Below are positions 16,127-25,319 of a stretch of 32,000 nucleotides of DNA, in pieces. Source of the stretch: Candidatus Altimarinota bacterium (lineage in GTDB: Bacteria; Patescibacteriota; Gracilibacteria; UBA1369); assembly GCA_041659405.1 (NCBI GenBank), contig JBAZYK010000004.1:1-32000 (forward strand). Direction: 5' to 3'. How positions within the stretch are numbered: the stretch's first letter is position 1; each line of letters begins with the position of its first letter. The notes beneath the pieces are model-generated. The model was not told where the DNA came from. It was given only the letters and a program-made list of their open reading frames with translations, and ran no database searches. The position numbers were made by a program, and so were the translations under genes.

Positions 16127-17526
16127 TTCCTGAAGAAAGCAAAAAAAGATTTATCATTGGATTACTCCTGACAGGGCTTGTCCTGGGGATCCTTTTTATG
16201 GTTTGGGCGGTTTTCCTGAATCGGGCAACCATTCAAATCAAGGCCAGGGCTCCTTATTTTATTACTATTCAGAATTTAAAAACCGTGCCATGTACAATGG
16301 ATGATTGTGAAACCGTTGTGGCTCCGGGTGATTATGCGGTTGTTCTTACTAAGCCCGGTTACCGCAATGAGCAGCGTCAAATCAAACTTTCTTTCCACGG
16401 GAATTATCAGGAAGAAGTTACATTTAATTTTGTTCCGGTGCTTTCCGCCCAGGCTCCGCGCCAACTTTTTGTTTTGCCTGCGACTACCCATTTTGCAAAC
16501 AACAAAGACACGGATCAAAATATTTTTAACACAAAAACTGCGGCTGTGGATTTAAATATTCAAAACAATCCTGTTCAAAATTTAACTAAACTTCCAGCCG
16601 GTATTACGGATTTAACTTTTGCGCCGGATGGCAAAACCGCAATAGTTTACGAAACCAATCGCATTTCTTTTTATGATCTGACAACCGATACCCTAACTCC
16701 TTTAATAACTCCGGCAGGCGCCAAGTTTTTTTATGATCAGGCGGGGCGATATGTGGCTTACATCAAGCGCAATGAAGGCAATTTCCTGCAGACGCTTTAT
16801 TTGCAGGCTTTGGACGAAAAAAATAATTTACAAACGGCAATTCCGGTTACTTCTTTTATTCGTGATCTGAATAATTACACTATAAGTATTTCGCCGGATC
16901 ACCAAAAAATTATTGTTGTTGATCAGGGAAGTCAAAATTCAAATTTATATTTTGTTGATCTGCAAAGCAAAAATCGCCAGAGCCTCTTACAGTATCCGGC
17001 AATTCGTGAAGTAAAATGGCTGCCCAACAGTAAGGATTTTATTTTTCAGGCACGTGCCGAAAATACTATAGATGATGGCCTTTTTCTGTACTCCGGCGAT
17101 ACGCAAAAAGTTATGACACTCATGCTTAAAACAAAACTGGCGGATGTTGCCATTGTTAATGATGATCGTATTTTAGCCGCTACAGTTCAACAAATTCCGG
17201 GGTCAAATGAATTGGCGAAAATCGAAGGAAATCCGGTGGCGCTCGGCGATAATTTGAATGTGTTGGATAAAGTTCAATCCACCGCGCAGGGCGTGCCTGG
17301 TTCTACCGCAAGCGGGGCGGGCATCATAAACAATCCAAATAGTCCGACCTCGGACATTCAACAAATGTTGTCATTCGTGGATTTTTCACTTCAAAATAAT
17401 GAAGCTGTTTTGCTTAAAGGTCAGCCCGGCGGAACTCTGCCCAATGCCATTAATTTAAGCCCGGATGGCAAGACTTTGTGGATACTTTCAGGTGATCAAA
17501 TTTCCGGTTTGCGCTTAGCTGAATAA
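16123..17526 (+). CDS. Membrane-anchored protein with a PEGA-like domain and TolB/PD40-like beta-propeller repeats
   Basis: TM helix FIIGLLLTGLVLGILFMVWAVFL, PEGA-like APGDYAVVLTKPGYRNEQRQIKL, and repeated xSPDGK motifs (FAPDGKTAIV, ISPDHQKIIV, LSPDGKTLWI). It overlaps yraN by 4 nt. Confidence 0.6.
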   Translation: MIPEESKKRFIIGLLLTGLVLGILFMVWAVFLNRATIQIKARAPYFITIQNLKTVPCTMDDCETVVAPGDYAVVLTKPGYRNEQRQIKLSFHGNYQEEVTFNFVPVLSAQAPRQLFVLPATTHFANNKDTDQNIFNTKTAAVDLNIQNNPVQNLTKLPAGITDLTFAPDGKTAIVYETNRISFYDLTTDTLTPLITPAGAKFFYDQAGRYVAYIKRNEGNFLQTLYLQALDEKNNLQTAIPVTSFIRDLNNYTISISPDHQKIIVVDQGSQNSNLYFVDLQSKNRQSLLQYPAIREVKWLPNSKDFIFQARAENTIDDGLFLYSGDTQKVMTLMLKTKLADVAIVNDDRILAATVQQIPGSNELAKIEGNPVALGDNLNVLDKVQSTAQGVPGSTASGAGIINNPNSPTSDIQQMLSFVDFSLQNNEAVLLKGQPGGTLPNAINLSPDGKTLWILSGDQISGLRLAE

Positions 17527-17531
17527 TTCAC

Positions 17532-18887
17532 ATGATCAATAAAATCGAAAAAACTCGTCAGGAAATTCTTAAAAAAGGCCAAAAAATTATCAATCTTTCT
17601 TCGGGGAATCCGGGAGAATTTGGCATTTTCTTTCCTGAAAAAATTCTTCAAAATGCATATGGCAAATTTCTAAAAAATCCCGCCTATCACCCCGAACCAA
17701 AAGGCGATTTAAAGGCCAGAAAAGCCATTGCCGGTTTTTATGCCAAACGAAATTTTAATGTTAATCCAGATCAGATTTTATTAACTTCCGGCACCAGCGA
17801 AAGTTATTTTGAAGTTTTTAAATTATTAAACCCGCACGATGCAATTTCGGAATCCTCCGGCCATGCTTGCACAAACTCCATTCCATGTGCCCCCGCGACC
17901 CGTTGTGAAATCTTGTTACCCAATCCTTCCTATCCACTTTTTGAAGAAATAGCCCGACTAGCCGAAGTCGATTTTTCCTTTTACAGACTGGATGAAAAGG
18001 CTGGCTGGCAAATTGACCTAAATGACCTGCGCGCAAAAATCCGTCCCGAAACCAGAGCGATTGTTTTGATTTCTCCAAGCAATCCAACCGGCGCGGTCCT
18101 TTCGGAAAAAACTTTGAAAGAAGTAATAAAAATCGCCGTCGAAAATAATCTGGCCATAATCAGCGACGAAGTTTTTTCGGAGTTCATGTTCGACCAAAAA
18201 GTTTTCCCAAGAGTCGCGCAAATCCATCAAAAAATGGCAGACAAAAGCGAAAAAGCAAGTAAGGCAAACAGCGCACTCACAAAAAAAAATATTCAAAATT
18301 CGTTTGAGAAAATCCAAAATCTGCGCATTTTTACACTCAGTGGGATTTCCAAAACCTACGCTTTGCCCGGATTAAAATTAGGCTGGATTGTGGTTACAGG
18401 AAGCCAAAACCAAAGCCACCATGGGCCCAATAATAATACCCATTTTTCGGAAACAGTTAACGAACTGGAACGCCTTGCCGATACTTTTTTGGCATGCAAT
18501 CAACTTACGCAAACCATGTTGCCGGACATAATTTCCAAAGGTGAATCTTTCATTAAAAAATATCGCAATCATCTCCAGAAAAATCGTGATCTGGCCATGA
18601 AAATTTTGGGCGGTTGTCCTAAAATTACTTTTCACAAATCCGAAGGTGGTATGTATCTTTTTGTCCGAATTGACGGCTTATTTAAAACAGAAAGAACCGC
18701 ACATGGGCCAAGGAAAAGACCGGTAACCGATGAAGAATTTGTGATCAAATTGCTCGAAAAACACAAAATTTTCGTCCACCCCGGTTATTTTTATGATTAT
18801 GATAACGGCCTTTATCTTCTGATCAGTTTTTTGATACCAAAAAAGGAGCTCGAAAAAAGTCTTAAAAGAATCATCGCAATTTTATAA
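17532..18887 (+). CDS. PLP-dependent aminotransferase, class I/II, with several insertions
   Basis: SPSNPTGAVLS and SGISKTYALPGLKLGWIVV (PLP lysine context). 451 aa, with low-complexity insertions. Confidence 0.8.
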   Translation: MINKIEKTRQEILKKGQKIINLSSGNPGEFGIFFPEKILQNAYGKFLKNPAYHPEPKGDLKARKAIAGFYAKRNFNVNPDQILLTSGTSESYFEVFKLLNPHDAISESSGHACTNSIPCAPATRCEILLPNPSYPLFEEIARLAEVDFSFYRLDEKAGWQIDLNDLRAKIRPETRAIVLISPSNPTGAVLSEKTLKEVIKIAVENNLAIISDEVFSEFMFDQKVFPRVAQIHQKMADKSEKASKANSALTKKNIQNSFEKIQNLRIFTLSGISKTYALPGLKLGWIVVTGSQNQSHHGPNNNTHFSETVNELERLADTFLACNQLTQTMLPDIISKGESFIKKYRNHLQKNRDLAMKILGGCPKITFHKSEGGMYLFVRIDGLFKTERTAHGPRKRPVTDEEFVIKLLEKHKIFVHPGYFYDYDNGLYLLISFLIPKKELEKSLKRIIAIL

Positions 18888-18958
18888 AAATTTCAGAAGT
18901 AGTTTAGATTTCCTTCATCATTTTTTTCTATGATGTGGTTGTTTTTTAAATTATTTCA

Positions 18959-20698
18959 ATGGCTATCAAGATTTTTTCCTGTATTAATCAAGGGTTGGAA
19001 GGCAAATTAGTTGAAGTTGAAGCGGATATCCTACAGGGACTTTCTGCTTTTTCTATTGTAGGCCTTGGCGATATGGCGGTTCAAGAAGCCAAAGAACGCA
19101 TCAGGTCAGCAATAAAAAACAGCGGATTTAACTATCCACAAACCAAGAAAGTTATTAATCTTGCGCCTGCGCACGTGCGTAAACATGGGCCGCAATTTGA
19201 TTTGCCCATGGCGATTGGCCTGCTGGCAGCCTCAAAACAAATTCCCGAAAATATTTTGCAGGAAATGCATGGTCTTTTGATTGTAGGAGAATTGGCTTTA
19301 GATGGAGCAGTTCGACCAATAAATGGGATTTTAACCATGGCGATTTTTGCTAAAAAAAACGGCTGGTCAAAAATCATTATCCCTAAAGAAAATGTCGCGG
19401 AAGCATCGCTGGTTAGTGGCCTGGAAATTATTCCATTAAGTCATTTAAACCAAATACGGGATTTGGATTCCGCCAAAAATATTTTCAACAGTGCGACAGT
19501 TTTTAATATTTCGGAGCAGGAATTTAGTCAGGAACAAAGTGGCGGAAATGGAAACGGCTCTCACGAGCCATTTTTAGGGCAAGAATCTGTGCGTGCGCAC
19601 AGATTGAATCCAGACACCTTCACCGATTTTTCCGATATTGTCGGGCAGGAGATTGCCAAAAGAGCGCTCACTATTAGTGCGGCAGGCAAGCACCATTGTC
19701 TTCTAATCGGGCCGCCGGGCGTGGGCAAAACCTTACTTGCAAAAGCTTTTCCGGGCATTTTACCGCCACTTTCAGAAGGCGAAATGTTGGAAGTGATGCA
19801 GATTTATTCCAGTGCCGGACTTTTGCAACACGCACAAAATTCACAAAAAAGTGTGCTCATGACGCAAAGGCCTTTTAGGCAGATTCATTCAAGTTCTTCA
19901 TTGTTGGCCTTAACCGGCGGAGGAATCCAATTAAAACCCGGTGAAATTTCACTCGCTCATCATGGAGTTTTATTTTTGGATGAAATCGCCGAGTTTCCAC
20001 GTTCGCATCTTGAATCGCTGCGACAACCATTGGAAGAAAAGGAAATTTACGTATCGCGCTCCTCCGGAACGGTTAAGTATCCAGCCAATTTTACGCTTAT
20101 TGCAGGCATGAACCCCTGCCCCTGCGGCTACTATGGTGATCCTGAGAAAAGCTGTATTTGTCCGGCAAATCAGGTAATTCGCTATCAAAAAAAACTTTCC
20201 GGACCACTGCGGGATCGAATTGATTTGGTAATAGAAGTTCCTCGGCAGTCCATCTCGAAATTTCAGGAAGCGGATAATGTTGAAACAAAAAATGCTCAAA
20301 GTTTATCTCAAAATTCGGCCGCAATTAAAGAGAAAATTATCAACGCTCGGCTTATTCAAGCCAAAAGATTCAGTGCAGATCCAAATGAGCTCTTCGATCC
20401 GCGCCAACAGTCCACCTCCACTTCATCTCCCAATCCACACTTCAACTCAAACGGTGAAGTTCCTTCTAGCAGCCGCACCAATAGCGAAATGACTCCTCCG
20501 GAAATAAAAAAATATTGTCCCATTAATAAAGAATGTCAGGATTTATTAAAGCTGGCTAACGAAAAATTCAATTTTTCCGGCCGCAATTATCACCAAATAC
20601 TCAAAACCGCCCGCACAATCGCGGACCTGGAAAATCACGAAAACATTCAACTGGAAGACCTAAGTGAAGCACTGCAGCTAAGGCACCGCAACCGCTAA
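18959..20698 (+). CDS. comM: YifB/ComM family Mg-chelatase-like AAA+ protein
   Basis: Lon-protease-like N-terminal domain (QFDLPMAIGLLAAS), Walker A GPPGVGKTLLAKA, VLFLDEIAEF, and the zinc motif CPCGYYGDPEKSCIC. 579 aa, with linker and C-terminal insertions. Confidence 0.9.
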   Translation: MAIKIFSCINQGLEGKLVEVEADILQGLSAFSIVGLGDMAVQEAKERIRSAIKNSGFNYPQTKKVINLAPAHVRKHGPQFDLPMAIGLLAASKQIPENILQEMHGLLIVGELALDGAVRPINGILTMAIFAKKNGWSKIIIPKENVAEASLVSGLEIIPLSHLNQIRDLDSAKNIFNSATVFNISEQEFSQEQSGGNGNGSHEPFLGQESVRAHRLNPDTFTDFSDIVGQEIAKRALTISAAGKHHCLLIGPPGVGKTLLAKAFPGILPPLSEGEMLEVMQIYSSAGLLQHAQNSQKSVLMTQRPFRQIHSSSSLLALTGGGIQLKPGEISLAHHGVLFLDEIAEFPRSHLESLRQPLEEKEIYVSRSSGTVKYPANFTLIAGMNPCPCGYYGDPEKSCICPANQVIRYQKKLSGPLRDRIDLVIEVPRQSISKFQEADNVETKNAQSLSQNSAAIKEKIINARLIQAKRFSADPNELFDPRQQSTSTSSPNPHFNSNGEVPSSSRTNSEMTPPEIKKYCPINKECQDLLKLANEKFNFSGRNYHQILKTARTIADLENHENIQLEDLSEALQLRHRNR

Positions 20699-20862
20699 GC
20701 TCAACTTTCCGGCAGAGTAACTCATTGAGCCCCCTAAGTATCCATAATGTCAAAAAATATTCTTAGTTTACCTAATTACCCAAAAAAGACTATAATAGCC
20801 CCCGCCATGCACAAAGTGCCTATTTTTATGAGGCCACGGGCCGAGTGCGAAGCGAGCTCAAT

Positions 20863-22164
20863 ATGATTAAAAAAATCCAAAAATTAGTAGTCCAGGGGCA
20901 AAAAAAGCTAAACGGCCACGTGCGCGTTAGTGGATCCAAAAACGCCGCTTTGCCAATTTTGTGCGCCGCCCTTTTGACCGATGAAATTTCCACGATTTCC
21001 AATGTCCCCGATATTGCCGACATTCACACGCTTTTAAATATTCTTGGAGAGCTAAACGTAAAAACAACTTTTCAAAATCATACTGTTACAATTGATCCTT
21101 CCGGGCTCAAACTAAATACAATCAACGAAAAATCCATTTGCAGCATGAGGGCTTCCATTCTTTTGCTTGGGCCTTTAATGAGCCGTTTTCCGGAAGTGAA
21201 TTTACCTTTTCCGGGAGGGTGCGTACTTGGTAAACGTTCCGCCGCGGCCCATACACATGTTTTGAAAACCCTTGGTGCGGAAATCTTAAACGAAACTCAA
21301 ACCCTGCACATTAAAGCCAAAAAACTCCAGCCGGCAACAATTATTATGCCCGAACAAAGCGTTACCGCCACCGAAAATGCGGTAATGATAGCTTCACTTA
21401 TCCCTGGAAAAACTGTAATTAAACTTGCAGCCGCAGAGCCACACGTTCAGGATTTATGCCATTTCCTCAACAAAATGGGATCCAAAATTAGTGGAATTGG
21501 AACTTCTGAACTCGTAATTGAAGGCCAGACAAAACTTCATGCAGCAACCCACGAAATCACCGGCGATTATCTTGAAGCCGGAACTTTTGCGATTGCCGCG
21601 CTTTTAACCAATGGAGAAGTCACAGTTGAAGGAATTGATCCGGGCCAACTCGACAGCTTTTGGCAAAAACTTGATGAAGTTGGTGCAAATTATGAGTTAG
21701 CCAATGGAACAAACAAATTTGCCGGCTTTAAAATTTTGCCAAACAATAAACCTTTTCAGTCCATTCCAATGTTAAGGACGGCAGTTTACCCAAGCTTCGC
21801 GACCGATCTGCAAGCCCCATTTGCCGTATTACTTACCCAGGCTCAAGGCCAAAGCAAAATTTTTGAAACACTGTTTGAAGGCCGCCTGAATTATCTTTTT
21901 GAACTCGAAAAAATGGGTGCCAAAATCGAAATGCTTAATCCGCATCAGGCCATTATTAAAGGCCCAACAACATTAAAAGGCGTTCCAATTGCCAGTTGCG
22001 ACATTCGTGCCGGAGCCGCCATGGTTTTAGCTGCGCTCTGTGCTCAAGGCCCCACCGAAATTTCCAATATTAATTACATCGATCGCGGTTACGAAAAATT
22101 GGACGAAAAACTGCGCAGTCTTGGAGCAGAAATTACACGAGTAGATGCGCAGGTCGGTGCATAA
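20863..22164 (+). CDS. murA: UDP-N-acetylglucosamine 1-carboxyvinyltransferase
   Basis: VSGSKNAALPILCAALL and the active-site Cys context PGGCVLGKRSAAAH. The ATG at 20863 is preferred over the ORF-track start at 20845. Confidence 0.93.
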   Translation: MIKKIQKLVVQGQKKLNGHVRVSGSKNAALPILCAALLTDEISTISNVPDIADIHTLLNILGELNVKTTFQNHTVTIDPSGLKLNTINEKSICSMRASILLLGPLMSRFPEVNLPFPGGCVLGKRSAAAHTHVLKTLGAEILNETQTLHIKAKKLQPATIIMPEQSVTATENAVMIASLIPGKTVIKLAAAEPHVQDLCHFLNKMGSKISGIGTSELVIEGQTKLHAATHEITGDYLEAGTFAIAALLTNGEVTVEGIDPGQLDSFWQKLDEVGANYELANGTNKFAGFKILPNNKPFQSIPMLRTAVYPSFATDLQAPFAVLLTQAQGQSKIFETLFEGRLNYLFELEKMGAKIEMLNPHQAIIKGPTTLKGVPIASCDIRAGAAMVLAALCAQGPTEISNINYIDRGYEKLDEKLRSLGAEITRVDAQVGA

Positions 22165-22220
22165 AGCGAGGCCTGCTATCTTGCCAATCCACCTCGAAAA
22201 TGTGCCCTCCGTCGCTGCGA

Positions 22221-23231
22221 TCACTTCCCCAAAGTCCGCACCTGCAAATCATTTCCATCGCTTACCGCTTCAATCATTCCATCCAAATCCGTTCTCAGGA
22301 TTTCGATTTTTCGTGCCATCAGGTGTTCAATTGTTTCAGCATGGGGATGCTTAAATTTATTTTGCAGACCATCAGAAATGGATGCATACAAAGGTTTCAT
22401 GCGATCAAGTAAAGCTTCACTGCTGCTTGTTTTACTTCCATGATGCCCAACTTTCAAAAAATCCGCGCGTAGATCAAGTCGCAGCGCATTGTTAGAACCA
22501 GGCTGCAGCCCGGCATTTGAACCAGGCCTTAGCTCATCATCTGGCCCAATCCGCGCAGCCAATATCTTCTCTTCTTCCTGAAGTTCCGCGTCTCCCGTAA
22601 AATAAAAAACTTTTTGCCCATAAATAAGCCTAAAAACAATTGAGCCATTGTTGTGATTTTCAAAAGTTTTCCCCTGTAAAGATTGCAGCGGAAAAATCAT
22701 ATCAAAAAACAGGTTCCCCAGGCGGTAATCAGCAGAGCCATTATTGGCGGAATTTTGCTTTCCCATCACTGAATTCAGGTCCTGCGCGCCGTTTGTGCCA
22801 ACATTCCGCGCCCCCGCAAATACAACCGGAATTTTTTGCTGATTTATTTGCTCCAAAAAAGCCAAATAACCGGCAAACTTATATAAAACTCCCGTCATCA
22901 TTACCTGTTTTACATCATAACGTTTTAAAACTTCCACCAGACCATTTACATGATCAGCATGCGGATGCGACAAGATCATTAAATCAATTCGCCTCTCATA
23001 AAATGGCATTACCCGGTCAATTTGAGCCACAACGGCAGCATCCGGCCCGCCATCAACCAAAATAAATTCACCGGTTGGCGCACGAATCAAAATTGAATCA
23101 CCCTGCCCGACATCCAAAACATACACATGTAATCGTCCATCCGGAAGCGACAAAAGGCAGGCCCCAAGCAGCAAACCAGCTATCATAACCGCCCCAAATA
23201 TCCAATAATAAAGCCTGGAAAAGTTTTTCAT
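22221..23231 (-). CDS. ComEC/Rec2-related metallo-beta-lactamase domain protein with N-terminal TM helix
   Basis: VYVLDVGQGDSILI, ILSHPHADHVNGL, VGHHGSKTSS. 336 aa. Confidence 0.8.
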   Translation of the reverse strand: MKNFSRLYYWIFGAVMIAGLLLGACLLSLPDGRLHVYVLDVGQGDSILIRAPTGEFILVDGGPDAAVVAQIDRVMPFYERRIDLMILSHPHADHVNGLVEVLKRYDVKQVMMTGVLYKFAGYLAFLEQINQQKIPVVFAGARNVGTNGAQDLNSVMGKQNSANNGSADYRLGNLFFDMIFPLQSLQGKTFENHNNGSIVFRLIYGQKVFYFTGDAELQEEEKILAARIGPDDELRPGSNAGLQPGSNNALRLDLRADFLKVGHHGSKTSSSEALLDRMKPLYASISDGLQNKFKHPHAETIEHLMARKIEILRTDLDGMIEAVSDGNDLQVRTLGK

Positions 23232-23416
23232 TTGAATTCAATATGATGAGAACGACATTTTCATGAGCAAACTATGCGATCTAAAAGTTACGCGAACTTC
23301 ATTGGCATAGTCGCGAATCTTTTAATTGAAAATACATGCCAGGCATTAAATTTTTCTAAACCGAATATGAAAAATAAATAAAATTTATCGGTTAGGCATG
23401 GAAAAATTTTGTAACG

Positions 23417-23512
23417 AATCATGTAATATCTCATCATACAATGAGGAAAAAATCGCGTAATATTACATCATAAAATGAGGAGCAAAATCATGTAATACTA
23501 CGTCACGAAATT
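23417..23512. repeat. About 2.7 tandem copies of a 34-35-bp unit, plus GTAATATTAC palindromes
   Basis: Units start at 23417 (AATCATGTAATATCTCATCATACAATGAGGAAAA), 23451 (AATCGCGTAATATTACATCATAAAATGAGGAGCAA) and 23486 (AATCATGTAATACTACGTCACG...). GTAATATTAC lies at 23457-23466, and a perfect 14-bp palindrome GTGTAATATTACAC lies just downstream at 23559-23572. Confidence 0.75.
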
Positions 23513-23873
23513 GCTGGATCGCAACGGTCGTTTTTGGTCTATTTATAGCGCTAAACCGGTGTAATATTACACTGCACTTTTCGGCTAATTTCAAGATGAA
23601 AAATTCGATTTTTTGCACTGCATTTGCTAGAGTTTTGGTGAACATGGATGTGGAAGAAAATATGTTCCGGCAATCTTCCTAAAAAGATTGTCACCCACTG
23701 GACGAACAATCTTCGCATCCGTTAATAATATTTTTTTGATCGGCTTTTCACGGGAAGTCCCAGCGGAAAAGTCGTAGAATACCCCTTTGGTTATTGACGC
23801 TCATCGCCTGGATGAGCAGTAATGTTTGGCCTTGTTCAAGCGACATTACGCCTATTCTTTAACCGATTTTTTT

Positions 23874-24941
23874 ATGATCGCAGAAAATAAAAATTCACCA
23901 AACGGGCTGGACAGAGAACAATTGGATTTCACCAAAATTGACGACGTGCAATTGTTTGCAATGTGCAAAAGATTTGGAGAGCAAGCCAGAATCTGGCGGC
24001 AGAAATTTGCGGGTCTGTTGCCAGAAGTGCTCAAAAGACGCTTGTACGAGCGCAAAGGTTTCGAATCAATCTTCGTATTTGCAAAAAAACTGGCAGGCAT
24101 GAGCGAAGAACAAGTTCGTCGCGTGCTCAATTTGGAGCAAAAATTTGAAGATAAACCGGTTCTTAAAAATTTATTATTGAATGGCGAAATCAGCGCAAAT
24201 AAACTCGCAAGAATCGCTTCAATTGCAACACCGGAAAATCAGGAATTCTTGGCGAATCAAAGCAAAATACTTTCGAATCGTGCACTTGAGACTTTGGTGA
24301 AAGATGAAAAATTCGCCCAAGAAACACTAAATCGCGACTTGCAAAACTTACCCGACCCAAAGAGTCAAAACGGCTCACAAGAGCCATTATTTGAACAGAA
24401 ATCTGTGCACGTGCACACAAATTCAACAGGTATTTTTGAAGACGTCAAACTGCTCCAAAAATTTTCTCCGGAACTTAAAACAAAACTAAAAGAGCTCGAT
24501 GAAAAAGGTCTCGACATCAACCAAATTCTGCTCGAACTTCTGCAAAAACGCGATGAAGAAATCGCAATGGAAAAAGAACAACTCGGTGAAGCTATAGTCG
24601 CAAAACAGCTAGCTGAAGAGGCTTTGGCCAAGCAAGCGGAAGATCAGGCTGCCAACGCCCAGGGAAATATTGTGAAAAAATCCATCGAACTTTCTGCAAA
24701 AAAGCCATCCAGCTACATCAACGTGGCAACAAAAAATCTCCTCAAAAAAGAATTTGGTGATAAATGTTCAATTCCCGGTTGCAACAATCTTGCAAAACCG
24801 ACTCATCACACGCAAAGATTTGGCCTAAGCCATAATAACGATCCTCGTTTTCTGGCTCCGGTCTGTGAACAACATCACGAAATTGCGCATTCCATCGACC
24901 AAAAATATCAATACAGACGTGCCAGGGCTATCGAGCTGTAG
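23874..24941 (+). CDS. HNH endonuclease with a DUF222-like helical N-terminal region
   Basis: C-terminal CSIPGCNNLAKPTHHTQRFGLSHNNDPRFLAPVCEQHHEIAH (CxxC...HH...N...CxxHH). The ATG at 23874 is preferred over the TTG at 23826. Confidence 0.8.
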   Translation: MIAENKNSPNGLDREQLDFTKIDDVQLFAMCKRFGEQARIWRQKFAGLLPEVLKRRLYERKGFESIFVFAKKLAGMSEEQVRRVLNLEQKFEDKPVLKNLLLNGEISANKLARIASIATPENQEFLANQSKILSNRALETLVKDEKFAQETLNRDLQNLPDPKSQNGSQEPLFEQKSVHVHTNSTGIFEDVKLLQKFSPELKTKLKELDEKGLDINQILLELLQKRDEEIAMEKEQLGEAIVAKQLAEEALAKQAEDQAANAQGNIVKKSIELSAKKPSSYINVATKNLLKKEFGDKCSIPGCNNLAKPTHHTQRFGLSHNNDPRFLAPVCEQHHEIAHSIDQKYQYRRARAIEL

Positions 24942-25319
24942 GACCCCACCAAAAAAATCATTTTAGTTTTTGCTAAAATTTGCGCAGCCCGCACTTGCCT
25001 GCCGAGCCTTTGTCACAGCGCATAAGCCATAGTAGCCGCATGTCATCCGCTGGGATCACGTGTGCCCCCGCCCTTATCCCGACTATTCACCCCACCCTTC
25101 GCACCTCGCCCGCGCACCAAAAAGGCCCTCTGCATTGGCACTTTGTTGTTCCCCTGCAGAAGACCTTATTGGAAGTTTTTCTTTCCCGCTTAAGCTTTTA
25201 CTTACGCGGACCATTTATAAGTTTATGTGCACCTCTTTCCATTTTCGCGGAGCTTTATGTGCCAGTAGGCCAAATCTTTTTGCTGACCCACGGCCCCATG
25301 CCGGCGCGCCCCTGCCCCT
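24942..25319. other. Orphan non-coding spacer with strong C-skew and high GC between convergent genes; candidate minus-strand G-rich transcript or G-quadruplex motif
   Basis: No credible ORF. Plus-strand C-tracts at 25065-25069, 25071-25073, 25078-25080, 25090-25093 and 25095-25097, with more runs at 25300-25318. At 378 bp it is far longer than typical spacers in this window. Confidence 0.3.

Noticed and set aside
6597-20492. Numerous 60-110-aa ORFs antisense to or out of frame within guaA, the aspartokinase-like gene, the DUF4012 gene, lysS, dnaB, the aminotransferase and comM
   Set aside because: They are all nested inside long, well-supported genes with clear family signatures. They have low-complexity or basic, nonsense-like sequences and are typical shadow ORFs.
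23463-23645. 60-aa minus-strand ORF in the long spacer upstream of the HNH gene
   Set aside because: It has an ATG start but no recognisable domain, and its 3' end overlaps the tandem repeats. I cannot tell it apart from a chance ORF without conservation data, so I did not annotate it as a gene.
23874-24941. IscB/IsrB-type RNA-guided nuclease with a HEARO/omega RNA
   Set aside because: The protein has only a C-terminal HNH motif after a helical DUF222-like region. I saw no RuvC segments or PLMP domain, and the flanking non-coding DNA is not in the expected upstream omega-RNA position or form.
24942-25319. RNase P RNA, tmRNA or SRP RNA in the GC-rich spacer
   Set aside because: On either strand I found no GAGGAAAGUCC or ACAGAAnCCGGCUUA (RNase P), no GGUUCGAnUCC T-arm or CCACCA end (tmRNA), and no GGAAGCAGCC-type helix 8 motif (SRP). 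Only a covariance-model search could settle it.
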